From positions 124,001 through 188,000 of the forward strand of contig NW_021829832.1 in assembly GCF_006345805.1 (NCBI RefSeq): DNA of 64,000 bases, in the 5' to 3' direction. The DNA is from Octopus sinensis. Taxonomy: Eukaryota. Shown here one piece after another: positions 51,470 to 64,000 of this stretch (positions within the stretch are counted from its first letter, which is position 1; each line of letters opens with the position of its first letter). The notes beneath the pieces are model-generated. The model was not told where the DNA came from. It saw only the letters and a program-made list of their open reading frames with translations, and ran no database searches. The position numbers and the translations under genes were made by a program.

Positions 51470-52290
51470 TGATACACTTAACCACCTCATTATGTGTTCG
51501 GAAATAACCACCTCAGAATCCTACCACACCCCGTAGCTAGATGGTCAACAGTCTGCTTGCTTTTTTGCAATAAACGCACAGTGATCCCGCGTATGCAAAA
51601 AACTAATTTCGATCTTACAAAAGACAGTACAATGCTTTGCACCGTGGACCATTGTTCCCTTTCGATAGCCATTGCGAAGAAGTAGATTGGTCGATATTTG
51701 ATTCTTTTATATATTTAAACATCACTGAGTGTAGTGATTTACAGCCGATTCAGTTAAGCAAAAGTTTTATTTGAGTGTCCTTAAGTGGATCAATGTTCAG
51801 ATTTTGCCTACTGACAGCTGCATATTTGAAGGCAAGAAATTCTGCGATTGTGGCAAAGTGCCATTTTCTTGTTTTAATTACTCGCAGAATTTTGACTATC
51901 ATACAACCTCTCCTTATTTGTAGGCTGGAATGTAACTTGAGAGTCGCAATCAATAGGCGTATTTCTTGGTCAATTTTGTGTGGTTCGATATTAATTAGCC
52001 GGATATAATAATTATATCGGGATAACGCATATTCATTGATGCCACGAAACAAATTAACAGCATTTAACTATGTATTTGACAACATAGTTGTCCTTTTCTT
52101 GAAATTCTCCAGTATGGAGTCTATAACTTTATTCTTGAAAACATTACTTCCTCTGTCTTCAAGTACACCCAAGTACCGATATCCGTTGATAATAATGATC
52201 CCACATTATATGCTGATTTTTCGGAATTCATTTCTAAGCTAACACTTTCAAAGAATCCATTAAAAATTGTAAACTTTTCAAGATTAAAAT
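51470..52290 (-). pseudogene. Degenerate relative of the R4/Dong-like element
   Basis: MFRGINEYALSRYNYYIRLINIE, KQTVDHLATGCG closely match 47738-48800 but with deletions. Confidence 0.8.
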
Positions 52291-52347
52291 AAAAGATTGT
52301 TTTGTTTGAAAGAATCAAAATAAAATATTAGTTGCACAGTGATAGAA

Positions 52348-52645
52348 ATGGACAAGCCGACATCAGTCTCGCGAGCCAACCGGTGGTCGAATCACGTGGA
52401 AAATGTCTACAGATTCCAACTGGCCGGATACCGTGACGAAGTTGACTACAAAGCATACAACAGTCAGAATGAGGTACAATTGGCTAACAAGCCAGATCAC
52501 ATTGTGGGAAAATGGTTTTGTTAAAAAACTGAAAACAAAAAAAGGATTCTTTTACTACTACAACAAGGCCAGGGAATGTCGAGACGTCGATGTGCGGCGC
52601 ACTAAGTTATACCATTATAACAGTTGTGTCCAAAGACTAACTTAA
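52348..52645 (+). CDS. MEIG1: Meiosis-expressed gene 1 protein
   Basis: [29 protein letters not shown]..|[25 protein letters not shown], matching the MEIG1 consensus; 22-nt intron. Confidence 0.92.
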
Positions 52646-52789
52646 TGATTTTTTAATAAATTACTAAAACTTCTTTGTACACTGTTTTATATTTAAAGTA
52701 ATTGACTTTCAATTTACTAAATTTAAATAAATAAAATATTTCGCTTATTCAAATTGTTCAACTTATTTAGTGGAATTTGTATTACTGCT

Positions 52790-55700
52790 ATGAAAGAATC
52801 ATCAAGACAATTATCTTTTAGTGATTTAATTACTATAATAAACGACCAAGATGCCGACAGTATACCCCAATAATTGTACACCTAGTTGAAACCCAGAGAC
52901 TAAAAGCCGCCCACGAGTTCCACGATGCCATGGAGGTCAGTCTCATCAACATTAAAAATAGAGAGGATTTCGACCTTCTGAAGACGACTATAGAATGCTC
53001 ATTGCCGTGATTTTAAAGATTTTCAAAATTATGGCACCCGAGTTTATATCCATATCCCCCTCCAATGTACTCATCCTCACTGATTTAGAAATTCCGCCTC
53101 AAGTTGTGGGAAATCCTCCGCTACGTGCCCGCCCAAGACCTCCCAAAGTCGAGCCACTACTTGTCGGCCTTCAAATTCCTGGAGGTTTGCAAATGTGTGT
53201 CCAACTTAGCCCGAAAACGACCGGAATGCGGGGGAGTGCCTCAAATTCCTCCACAATTTCATTCGCTTTTCCGTCCACAACAAATCGACGGACAACTTTT
53301 CTCCCGAGGTATGTCATAATTATTATGCAATCCAGATTGACTCCTGTGTGAGTCTGTTCATCAAAATGCTGACAAATTTCATCACAAAAAAGGAAAAAAT
53401 ATTTTTGCACCCCAAAAAAATATTTGCCCACCACGATGACTATCCCTGTCCCGAAGACTTGTTTGTGTCTTTGCAGATGTGCAGATTAGACCCCGAGGAG
53501 GGGGTGTTTATTGCGGAGGTTTGAATGCTCCCTGAATCCCCAGTGCGACGTTTTTCCCAAGGCAGTCAACTCGCTGGCATTCGCGACCGAGTTTATGCAC
53601 TTTATAACAATCCTCTTCTCCTTCTTCTCGTCCTACTTGCACCCCAAACTGGAAACCACTCTCAACCACATTGTCCAGTTTCTTGCCGTTTTTCCCAAGA
53701 ATGAAACGTACAGTGTTTGGTGTAGTCCTAGAACACACAAAGACTTTAACATGGACGCACTGGTGGAGTTGATGTGTCTACAGGCCAGGTGTCTTCAATT
53801 TCTCTGCTGTTGTATTAAAAACAACACGGTTGGGTGTGGTGATCATTTAAAGGACTTTATTTTGGCGAATTGTGACGTGATTGTGAACTCGTTTGTGAAT
53901 ATCCTGACACATCTGCCCCCGCCAGTCTCCTCCATTAAGTTAGACATGATCACAATTATCCGCAATTTTTTTGGCTCTGAACTAAAACGTGTGTTTGTCC
54001 AGATTATTGAGCAAGCATTTGACGACAATATATTCACCACTGGCTATACCTGCGTCAAATCAATTCGGTTTGTCACCCTCCGTGTTATTATAGTCCCATT
54101 GCCTGTGCGGTGTATGCGGAGATGATTATGAACACTGATCACGTCATCAGGGGTGGTTTGGCATTGAAATTCATTTCCTTTTGCGGAAAGACGATTCTTG
54201 ACAAAAATTGTCCCATTTATCTTCAGAAGCAGTACCTGAAGACACTCGGACACCTGGGTAGTCGGATTGACCCCAACAAGCACGCCAGTTATGTATCTCG
54301 TCTTTTTATACTTGCAGAAAAGAATTTTTTATAACAAAATCGTCCACATTCTGATATTCAAGCTGAAGGCGATCCAACAGACTGATTGGGTAGGTCACAA
54401 GAAAAGTAACCCAAAGAGGCGGGGTGGGCAAATTACGGAGTCGAAGGACGACGGAATTTCCGACTCGGCCTACGTCGATTCACCGGAAAAGGTAATCGCC
54501 CATAATTGGATGTGCAGTCCAGGATTACTTCCAGACAGAAGATGATAATGCTGGTTAACGAGTCCAAGTCTTTGGTGCGAGTTATTTCGCATTGTGTCTT
54601 CGTCCTGATTGCCCGATCATTCCACGAACTGGCCTATAACGAATGCGGTTTGATTTTGTGTTATTTTTGTTAGACCTGTGCGATTCCAAGACTGGTTGTT
54701 CTTTGTCAAGTCACTTTTATAGTCACAACGTGTAATCTGATACACATATATCCCGAGGAGTCTAAAGCGTTTTCCAGGGTTATTCTTCTCACTATCAAAT
54801 GCATATTCACATTCACTCCCTCCGAGCCCACGAATCTGGATCCCTCAAAACGGTTGGGTGTTTCCTCTTTTATTATTCAGAAAAGTGCCCTTTGTGACCT
54901 GCAGGGAAGACATGGAGGTAATTGATTCAATCGTGTCGATGGTATATTTCATTTATCAGTTCTAGCTTGCACAAATGCACCCCTTCAGTCTGAGGGAAAT
55001 TGTGACCTTGAGTATTGACGTTGGTCTGGTTGGGTAATGTGTTAGGGATTGATGGAGGCCATGGTCGCCAATTCGAACATTATATTCTTTTATCGGTATC
55101 TTCATCTACACCCGTCCCTCGGCTATGACTTTTGTTCTGCCATGTTTGAATACATTAATAACAAACTGGAGCCCACTCTCGGTGACTAATCACCTCATTA
55201 TTATAGAACCCTACTTGTTCAATCTCTATGTTCGAATTTTATCTACCTCGGCTCTCTCAATTCTAATTTCTCAGAACCCTAACGACTTTCCCGGCACATC
55301 TCCAGAGGTTTTTGTAACTGTTAATATTTTGTAGAAGCTGTCGTTGTGCGTTCAGGTTTGTGTAGTTTGGTTATTTTAGAATGTAAGGGCAGTCTTTGTG
55401 GTTAAGTGCATTAATCTTAAACATTGTAGAAACATTTCTCATCTCTAACAACGAAATGCATTAATTTCATTCCCCACACTCGTTCGATTCCTTCTGTTCT
55501 GGCTCTCCTCAAAACTCTGTTTCGGGCAATGCACACCTTCAATCACGAGTTGACCCAAAATGTAGAATTCTCTGTCTTGGTCTCTGGGTTTGAGTTTGAG
55601 ATTATCAACGGTATTCTCTCGGGATAACATTCAAGATTTGTATGCAATATACTCGGTCAATCACGCCTCTCACATCAGGGACTCCGTCATTGAACTCTTT

Positions 55701-58700
55701 CTCTACTACCCCACCAAATTCCCCGACTTTTGCGTGTACCTCAGTATTTTCAAACGACCTCTCATCGAAGGACTTCGCAGTAAAAATCAGTATTTGCAGA
55801 GTCAGGTGCACTCAAGTCAAATACGTTAGTCTTTGAGATTCCTCGAGTCTACGCTGGATTCGTGTAGTCTTTTTTACCTGGAACTTGGTCGTATATTCTC
55901 TTCTGAAATGATGAACGAGTTATTGACTGCTACCCGTTCTCTGAACAAAAAAATAGCCATCACTGCATCTCGAATAATCGGCAAAATTTCAGGCTACAGT
56001 CGGAAACCCATTTTCTCCAAATATCCCGTACTCCTCACTCACTTTACCCGTAGTTAATGTCCAATGTCGACGAAAAGATGAAACGGTCTCCTACTGTCTC
56101 CATTTGTTGGAACAAGCACAATTTCTCTACACAACTCCCCGTCCTGGAGGTGAATGTGTTCATAATATCCCAGTTACTGCAAACGTGCTTTAATAAGTTG
56201 TATAATGAAGAGAATTGTGAACAAATTCCCACGTGTTTCCAGATTGCTGCCTCATATTTGCTTTCATGTGTCGACCTTTCTGAGACGTCGAATGTTCTGT
56301 CGCAGTTACTGAACGCGCAGTGGTTGGTAATAAACAAATGCTATGCCAGGCTGAGGGAGTATCCCTGTGTGTATAATTACGACGATCTTCACCCAAAGGC
56401 CGAGGACTCGAACCGGGATGCGTTCAGATATGCATTTCTTGGTGTTTTTGGTTTGTACTATTCTAATGAACTCAGTGAACATTCACCGGGAGGAATACAA
56501 GAACATAGTCCACAACATAATCCTGGCGGTCGTCCGTCACATTACTATCATTGGTGTCACTAGAGAACTCGGTTTGTTTGTTTTCGTTGCTATCTGCAGG
56601 CATGACTCAAATGTCGGACATTCACGTTAAGAAGGAGACTACGTCCATTGACGTCCTTGTGCTGATGGATGCGTTTCTCGAGGCTCTGACTCTCGACCAC
56701 TCCCTCTTTACTTCCGTGCAGTCTTGTATTTTCAATCTCATTGAAACTGCCTCGTGTGTCTGTCGTTCTAAGGAGAGGGTTTTGATTTGGCAGTATTGTA
56801 GGCTCTTAAACTGTCTTTTTTCGTCTACTTTTTTGAAAAGAGTTACAATTCGTGTTTTGGAGACATGCTGTCTTCCAAGTTTGGAGGGTATGTCCTTGCG
56901 GTATCACATCTGCAGTTGTCGGGGAATCCGCCTCATGCTCAATTTCATTCCTGACTTTACTATTCGCTATTCTTTGGAGTGCGTCAAGGCTCTACTTTTT
57001 GTGTTGGGTAATTTAAGTGAAGTGGTTGTATTTGGGGAGTTAATGTTACAGGCGTGCATTAACGACATGTTTGGTCAGAACATTCTGCATTTGGTTATTC
57101 AGAATGCGCTGGCTGCCGCTATAAAGGATAAAAGATATTTCGATAGTTTTATGCTGGTGATGAAGACACTCATTCACGAGGCCTTCTCTGTTTACCCGAG
57201 TTCTCGCAAACTGGTTATTTGCCAAGTTGACCAAAACAGAGCCAAAGTCTGCTTGCGGAGATTTATTTGAAGTCGCCTGATCTTTTGATGGATGCAATTG
57301 TCGAGAATAAGGACACAATTGTGCACCGTCTTCATTCTCTCCCCACGTGGATATTTAATGAACCTTTTTACGTCCGAGTCGGCTTGATTGTTTTGAGTTT
57401 TGATTATCCTGCAGGAGGGAATTATTTTCTTTCTCCCCAGGATTTCTCATTTGTGTGCTTATGACTTTTCATTGGAAAGCCACCGCAAATGTGTCGAGCT
57501 GGTCATTACCATTTTGGAAGATCCCGAAGAACGCCTGACAGCCATGAACTCATTTAAAGAAATGAACGAATATATCGAATGTCTCAAATCTCTTTTGAGT
57601 AGTGATTACGTAACAGTTGACAGGATTCCTCTCTGCCTTAAGCAATGCCGAGTTTTGCAAGCACAGGACTTTTGGACTCTTTTGCATGTATTTGGTACAC
57701 CAGGAAGTGCCGATCAGAGAATGCGCCTTTTATTGCACTTCAAAGGTATATTTATCAGTCATTTTTAGTATCTCGAGTTTTTTAACTACGACCATAAAGT
57801 GGTGGAAAACATGATAAACGAGCAGTATTCAAAGATGAGTAATGTTTTTACCACCGATACCGACAGCTTTGAGATTTTCACCAACCTTGCCCATCTTTTC
57901 CCTTCTTTCATAACAGAGGCGATGATTAAACACTTTATAGTTTAATTGTGATGTTTACTGCCAAGATAACTCTAGAAAAGGGGTTGGACTATATTGTTAA
58001 TCAGAGGAGTACCGTGTTCTACCCCTTCGAAACAGAGGTTCCTGTTTTTTAACATTCAAAGAATTTTGCTCGGTGCCTTGAACAGTTCAGAATGATTGGG
58101 AAAATATCTACTCTCAATCCTTCGATTATTGACGTTCTAGTCCGAATAGTACTTAAATTTGAACATTTGCTGTTCATCCAGGTTAATTATGATAGGCATA
58201 TTGTCCAGGAAAGTGATAACCTGAGGATTCCCCTGCGCTACATTTTTTGTAGATTCCCCGCGGAAGCAGTCAGTTACCTCCTCACTGATCTCCCCGCTCG
58301 TTCTCAGCAGCATATGAATTTCATGATGGTTGTTTGTCTTTGTGTATCGACAGAAAACATTTAAACACCCAGAGTGTCAGAACGTAATCAAAATTGTTAT
58401 GGACTATGCTGGGAGAATCAACGAACTTATCAATTGTCAATTATCATTGATTTCAGTTCACAATTCCAACAGCGATCAGATTAATTCGGAGGGTGCCTGG
58501 CACTCAATTCATTTTATCCTCAAACTGATTCGAATTGTTATATCTCGAAATATCACGTGGGTGGTTGATCACCCTCCTTTGGTATATTTATGACCTCAAT
58601 TAGTAGCTTGAAACTCTCGCCGGTTTATTGACAAATTCAGATTTTTTAACTCGAAATAAAAATTTCGTAAGCCTATTTGTCGACTGGTTTAGGTGTGGTT

Positions 58701-61700
58701 TTACCCACTGTGTTGGAAGGACTTGCTTAGTCTTATCAAAATACTTTTGCCTTGCTACCAGTATTTGCTGTTTCTAACACTCCAAGGGAACGTCGGGATG
58801 ACTTTAAACTTTTGTTTGACATGCTCGTCTGCTTCGAAAGCAATTACCTTCGAGTTTTTGACTTTTTCAAAACATTTCTCAACACAACCGTTCCCGAGGT
58901 TGCTTTTTTGTGGGTTAGTGTGTCAGACATATCCCATCGAGTGGAAGAAGAGAGCATTTGAGAGTTTTCTAGAGTTGAAAAATGAGGATCACATTGATGA
59001 CAACTATCGAGGCAGGGTGCTATTGTAATAAATATGTCCGAGGTGTTAAAATATGTCATTTTCTACTCCTACAGAGTAGAGATGGAGAGGGGCAATGTTT
59101 CTGAACTGTTCGGCCCTCCTTGCTGCAGTGATGACTACACCAACTCCCCCTTCGACAGATTTCTGCGAATTGTCCTTTTTTTAATTGACTTGTAGGTATT
59201 CGATGGGTATCATTCGGGCGCCTTTTCCACATTTTTCCAAATATCAATTGGACGAATGCTCAAACTACTCATCCAGAACGCTCATCACTACTTTTGCACT
59301 CCCAAGAACGACGAAGAGTTCCCGGATACCATCAGGTTTATCATTTCTTTATACCACAGTGGTTTGGGTGTACTCGACTTTCGACTAAAGAAGTTGTTGA
59401 ACTATTGTTGCGATTTCTTCAACTACACGGGTTCGAATATTGACTTGGTCTGCAAGTACTATCGATATCTCCTGTTTGCCCACTGCATTGCCAAATTCAA
59501 ATTTACAAAGCTGACAAATAAATCAGTTTCAAGTTGTAATCACGCCAAGATTTGCAATTATCAAGGCACATTATCAGGGGTGCAAGTCAGTTGTGCGGGA
59601 ATCTTTGGATGTGCTAATTCCAATCATGGTGAATGATAAAGGAAACAACGTTTGTGCCTTTCATTCACTATTAGGATTACTTATTTCAATGGATCGAACA
59701 ACTTATGCACGAAGAGTATAATAGAGGACAGATTCTTCATGTTCTGTAATTTTCACGTGATTTACTCAAGACAACTGATATCAGAGATTGTTCTATCCTG
59801 TGATTGGAAGATTGTTTCCTGGCTTCGTTAGCGTGATTTCTAATATTGGAATCTATAATAATGTTTTTGTGTGCCTAATTAACTGATAGACGTCAATGGA
59901 GCACAGGAAACTGGCGATAGATCTCATTGAAATGATAATCAGGTAGATTCGGGATGATTCTATTCAAGTCAACTTTTTCTGTCATTTCTTGTAGTCGACT
60001 CCGCGAAATATTCCCAAACATAATTACAACGAAATTCTGAAGTAAATGATTCGTTTTTCCTACCCTTCTGAGAATTCGGGTTTGTTCTGAGTTATATTTT
60101 GTAGATTTGATGTCTAGCCGATGTCTGGATTCTCTCAAAGTGTACGTAGAACTAAAGATGGCACCAATTTCTTCCGAAATATGCGTTCAGTGGTTCGAAG
60201 AAGCGATTTCAGAAGCCGAGAAGACAAGTTACTCTCAGCCCGCGTTCGCCTACATTGTGAGTGTCCTCACCATCATCATTGTCCACTTGGTATTTCTCAC
60301 ACTCTACTACCCTCTAGGAAAAGGCCCAGTTTCTACAAATATTAAGAGCAATAAATCCTGCCATTATAAACTGCTTTCGCTATTGCTCGGCGATTGTCGT
60401 GCTAAAGTCAGTCCATGCCTTGGTCCGATTACTGATGAACACGTTTCCCGAAGTCTTTTCCAACTCAAAAGTCGTCCTCATCAGGAACGAACTTGAAGAA
60501 CTGCAAACACTAAACAATTCCTTCAACAAGTTTTTGAGTGATGCCTTCGCGAACACTGAGATGTTGAGTGGCGTCTTTATTTCTAGGTTGAATACATCCT
60601 CTATCAATGTGATATATAACTCGTTGTCTTTGCTAAAGATTGGGATGGAATGCTATCCGACTTACGCTGATCTATTTTTGCCTCAGGCATTGCGATGCGC
60701 CCGAAGACTTGTCACTTATTTCATCGATAATCAGCGTTTCCAGTGCGAAGGGTTGCACTCAGCTCTGTCAAGTAATGGTGCATTCGAATGTGTGTAGTCA
60801 CTGATTTAATTTCGACTGCTATACACATAATCAAGCATCGTTGTGGAGTTATGAATCCCGAAAACCAGCGACAATTCCTAACTATGCTACAAGAACTAAT
60901 ATTAGGGACAAATGACACCAAAATTGTGACTTCGATATTGAATGCTGTTGAAACGTGGATATTGAATGCAGTCAGACCTCCCCTTTACTCATTTAATTAG
61001 TCTAGCCAGTCCCAGTCACTATTCCCTCCCCTCGATGATACCTGTGATATCATTGATCATTTAGCAGCGAGTTTTGAAGATCATTACATCGAGAATAATG
61101 CTTTGTTTACTCGATTGATGAACATTGTGTACCACATATATAGGTATTGTCTATTTCCATGTTTCAGTGATCCCTCATTCAATCGGGATGAATACTCCCG
61201 CCACCTGGATGGGGCTTTCCTCGTTGGAATGAAGTTTTCAGATCCTGAAATTCGCTTTAAATTTCAAGCGGTCGTCTATTTGTATTTATTTGTAGTATTT
61301 TGACCAACATTATGAAAAGGACGTTTATTCCCGTTTATTCTGCTTCACGAATAACATAAACTGGGAACCGATGGGAACTTACTACTGGATTCCGCTGTGT
61401 CTGCAGTTGCTGCTTAGATGCTGCCAAGATCAGCCTCTGGTGGTTACTCCCAAACTGGCAACCTTCCCCTCGGTCATGTCCGTCATTCAGGAGAGCAAGT
61501 CACATGAGAGGGATTCTGTACTAAAGCGAGCTTACAATGCAATGGATGACATTCCAACTAATGTCCCTTTGGGGGAGATTTTGTTCAATGATGGAGTGAT
61601 GAGGGATCCAGAGACAGGACTTGATGATTTGCTGACTAATCACTACAGTTTTATTTCATCATTGAAGGAATTTAAATTCAGTGTTGGTAATTACTGTTCC

Positions 61701-64000
61701 CATGTTTCAGACCTCAGTCTTTCTCGATGCAGTGGGCAAGTTTTGTTTCTTCAGTCCTGAATTCTCTCACCGCCTGTGGCTGAATGTGACTGCTAATGTT
61801 TTTCGACGCTTTGAAGACGAGGATAAGCAAGTCTGTTATCAATGAATGTATTGCAGAAACTAATCGAGATTTCCCAGTCCTTTTTGTGCAGTGGATATCA
61901 TTCTTATCAGAAGGGAATACAACCAAATGTGATCCGCACTTTATTCCAAATGTACATGCGCTTTGATGTGCGATTCGACTTTGACCCACTGGCCATTGCA
62001 GTTTATTTGTCATAATAAGTGTGTTCAGCATTTGGGGACTGATTTCCACTTGCATTACGATGCCATGCTTATATTGGAGAACATGTTCGACACTGCCAGA
62101 GTCGACCCTGCTTTGTCCAATAAACTACTCGACGCGTCCATCTCTCCAAAGGAATCTGTCGTGATTGTCGTCTTATTGAATGATTGGCTTATTAGAGTAT
62201 CGAGGAAGCCCTCTTGTATATGTACCGTGTTCTGCGGGAGGACGACTTGTATTATTCCTACTGGCTATACAACTCGACATATCGCGAGTCGTGTGAAGGA
62301 CTCCTCTACAAATTAACAGGGAGAATTGACTCTGCAGAAGCTGGTCTATATGGGGTAGTGTGGTAGTGATATGGCATAGGGACTCCAAAAGGCATTGGTG
62401 GACATTAAGGCACGCACTGTCAAGGGAAAGAAACACCGAGAAGTAAAAATGATTCAAGAGGAGTGGATCAGGTATTTACTGTTAGTGGATAATGTCAGTG
62501 CTGCACGAGAATTGAACCGTTGGAAGCCTCTTTTGCCTCAAGGAGAGAATGAGCGATATTTTGGACTGGAGGCCCTGGAGGCGTGTTGGAGATTGGGTGC
62601 AGTTGACAAATTCAATGACCTCCTGCCCGATGTTGAGGAGCGATATTCTGACCATAATCCGTGGAGGGTCTTTGTGTTGAAGGCTTCACAAAAGTTGTCA
62701 TCTGTAGAAGAAGGAATTATTTCCTCCAAGAATGCCCTCGAAGAGGTAGTCTGTTCATCTTATTTCAGTGTGAGACGCTTTGTAGAAATGGTCTGACTTC
62801 TCTCCATGAGACAATTCGATGTACCCCTTTCCGTCCGACAATGCAGCACAGTCAGTACATCATGGTGGGTGTCCACTTGCATGCTACGACTAGGGATTCC
62901 AACTTTTGATCGAGCTGACAGAGGGGGTCACTCTTTTCAACCAAATCCTGTCAGGCCACGATTGGATTAATCATACCAGCAAGGGGCTAACCAACTTACA
63001 AAAGGCCTGGATGTTTGTATTTGAATGTTCCATGATAGGGATCGCCAATATTCTCAGGTCGACAGCTGTGCGGATTGGACACTTATTGAGACCTATCGAA
63101 AGCTGATTACTCGCATTGCCACTTCTGTGCTTACACCATCTCCTGAACATGTAATTTTTTCATTTCATTCAAGTCCTTGGTATTGAAAAATTTGAACAGG
63201 GCGACTGACTCGAGTACTGCTTTGGTGGCCAAATTGTGCAGAAAACGATATAGCCTTGTCACTGCTCTTGAGATATTAAAACAGTTTCCCTTTTGTCGGC
63301 ATTTTAGAATGAGATATACCCCCGGAGAAACCTCCATTTTGCAGACCATTGATTACATTCGCTGTTATTGCAAAATTTATAAGTATGGGCCACACAGTGA
63401 AGAGACCAAGAAAAAGCTGGCAGATATCCTCAACTGCACAAAGGACGTGTTTGATCCTGAGGATGATGTTTATTATGATTACAGACGGGTGGCAGGGCGT
63501 GCTTATACTCTTATCGACGAGTTTTAAATGTTTTCACTCATTCTTACAGGATGGATTTGGGGATGGATATTCTGGAAAATTGTATTGATGACCCTGCATA
63601 CGACCCGAAAGCATGGGGCATATTGTCCTCTATTTTGGAGACAAACCATAATTTGGAAGAGTAGTATTCACTGCTCACCCTTCAGTAATAATATGCAACT
63701 GCTTAAATTTATTGCCGTTGGTTATCTGCATGCGTCACGGGTGAACTGTCCCTATAAGGCCCGTGCTTATGTGGGGAAGTGTATTTATCTTCTCTACTAC
63801 GACGATGCTGCTGGGTCGATCGCCCATGCTATGTCTGCTTGCGTTCTGGGGAATCCCGCCTGTGACTGGCTGGTTTGGTAAGCATTTAATCAACGAGTGT
63901 GCACAGGGCATATCATGTGATTGATTGGCACTGTTCTGTCTCCCACGACGGTCTCATTGGGATCATCGAGGTTATGGTTCAGATGGTTTCGGAGCCAATA
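52790..64000 (+). CDS. TRRAP: TRRAP/Tra1 (PIKK pseudokinase scaffold), 5' portion, dozens of micro-introns, continues beyond the window
   Basis: N-terminal HEAT segments match TRRAP (FHSLFRP; FPKAVNSLAFATEF; QARCLQFL; LGEERV/TGYTCVKSIR region), ring region (YLIFHWEPMG-type, WIPLCLQLL) and FAT start (LEACWRL; LPQG). Confidence 0.85.

Overview
Eukaryotic (metazoan) genomic DNA, AT-rich and very compact. Host genes are split by many tiny GT-AG introns, mostly about 22-30 nt. Intron size plus a spiralian-type (Lymnaea/Schistosoma-like) acetylcholine receptor suggest a dicyemid mesozoan or similarly reduced spiralian parasite; this is an inference, not a database match. Recognisable host genes: EF-1gamma, NAC-alpha, hexokinase, a nicotinic AChR alpha subunit with an anion-type pore motif, G-protein beta, TRIAP1/Mdm35, an MPV17-family protein, RBM22, phosphoglycerate mutase, protoporphyrinogen oxidase, two near-identical MARCH5 copies, an Ndc80-like protein, MEIG1 and a partial TRRAP running off the right end. 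These gene islands alternate with transposon graveyards: pogo/Tigger, Tc1, hAT, Ginger-like integrase remnants, and CRE-, RTE- and R4/Dong-type non-LTR retroelements. Most notable observations: (i) a pogo transposase carrying a host-sized 24-nt intron; (ii) an antisense CRE insertion in a coding exon that creates a GT donor and has in-frame AG acceptors, so it may be spliced out; (iii) a MARCH5 duplicate apparently sitting inside a split R4/Dong element; (iv) a probable ACh-gated chloride channel. Scattered single-base indels in conserved genes suggest an incompletely polished long-read assembly, so exact exon boundaries are approximate. No rRNA, tRNA or CRISPR array was recognised.
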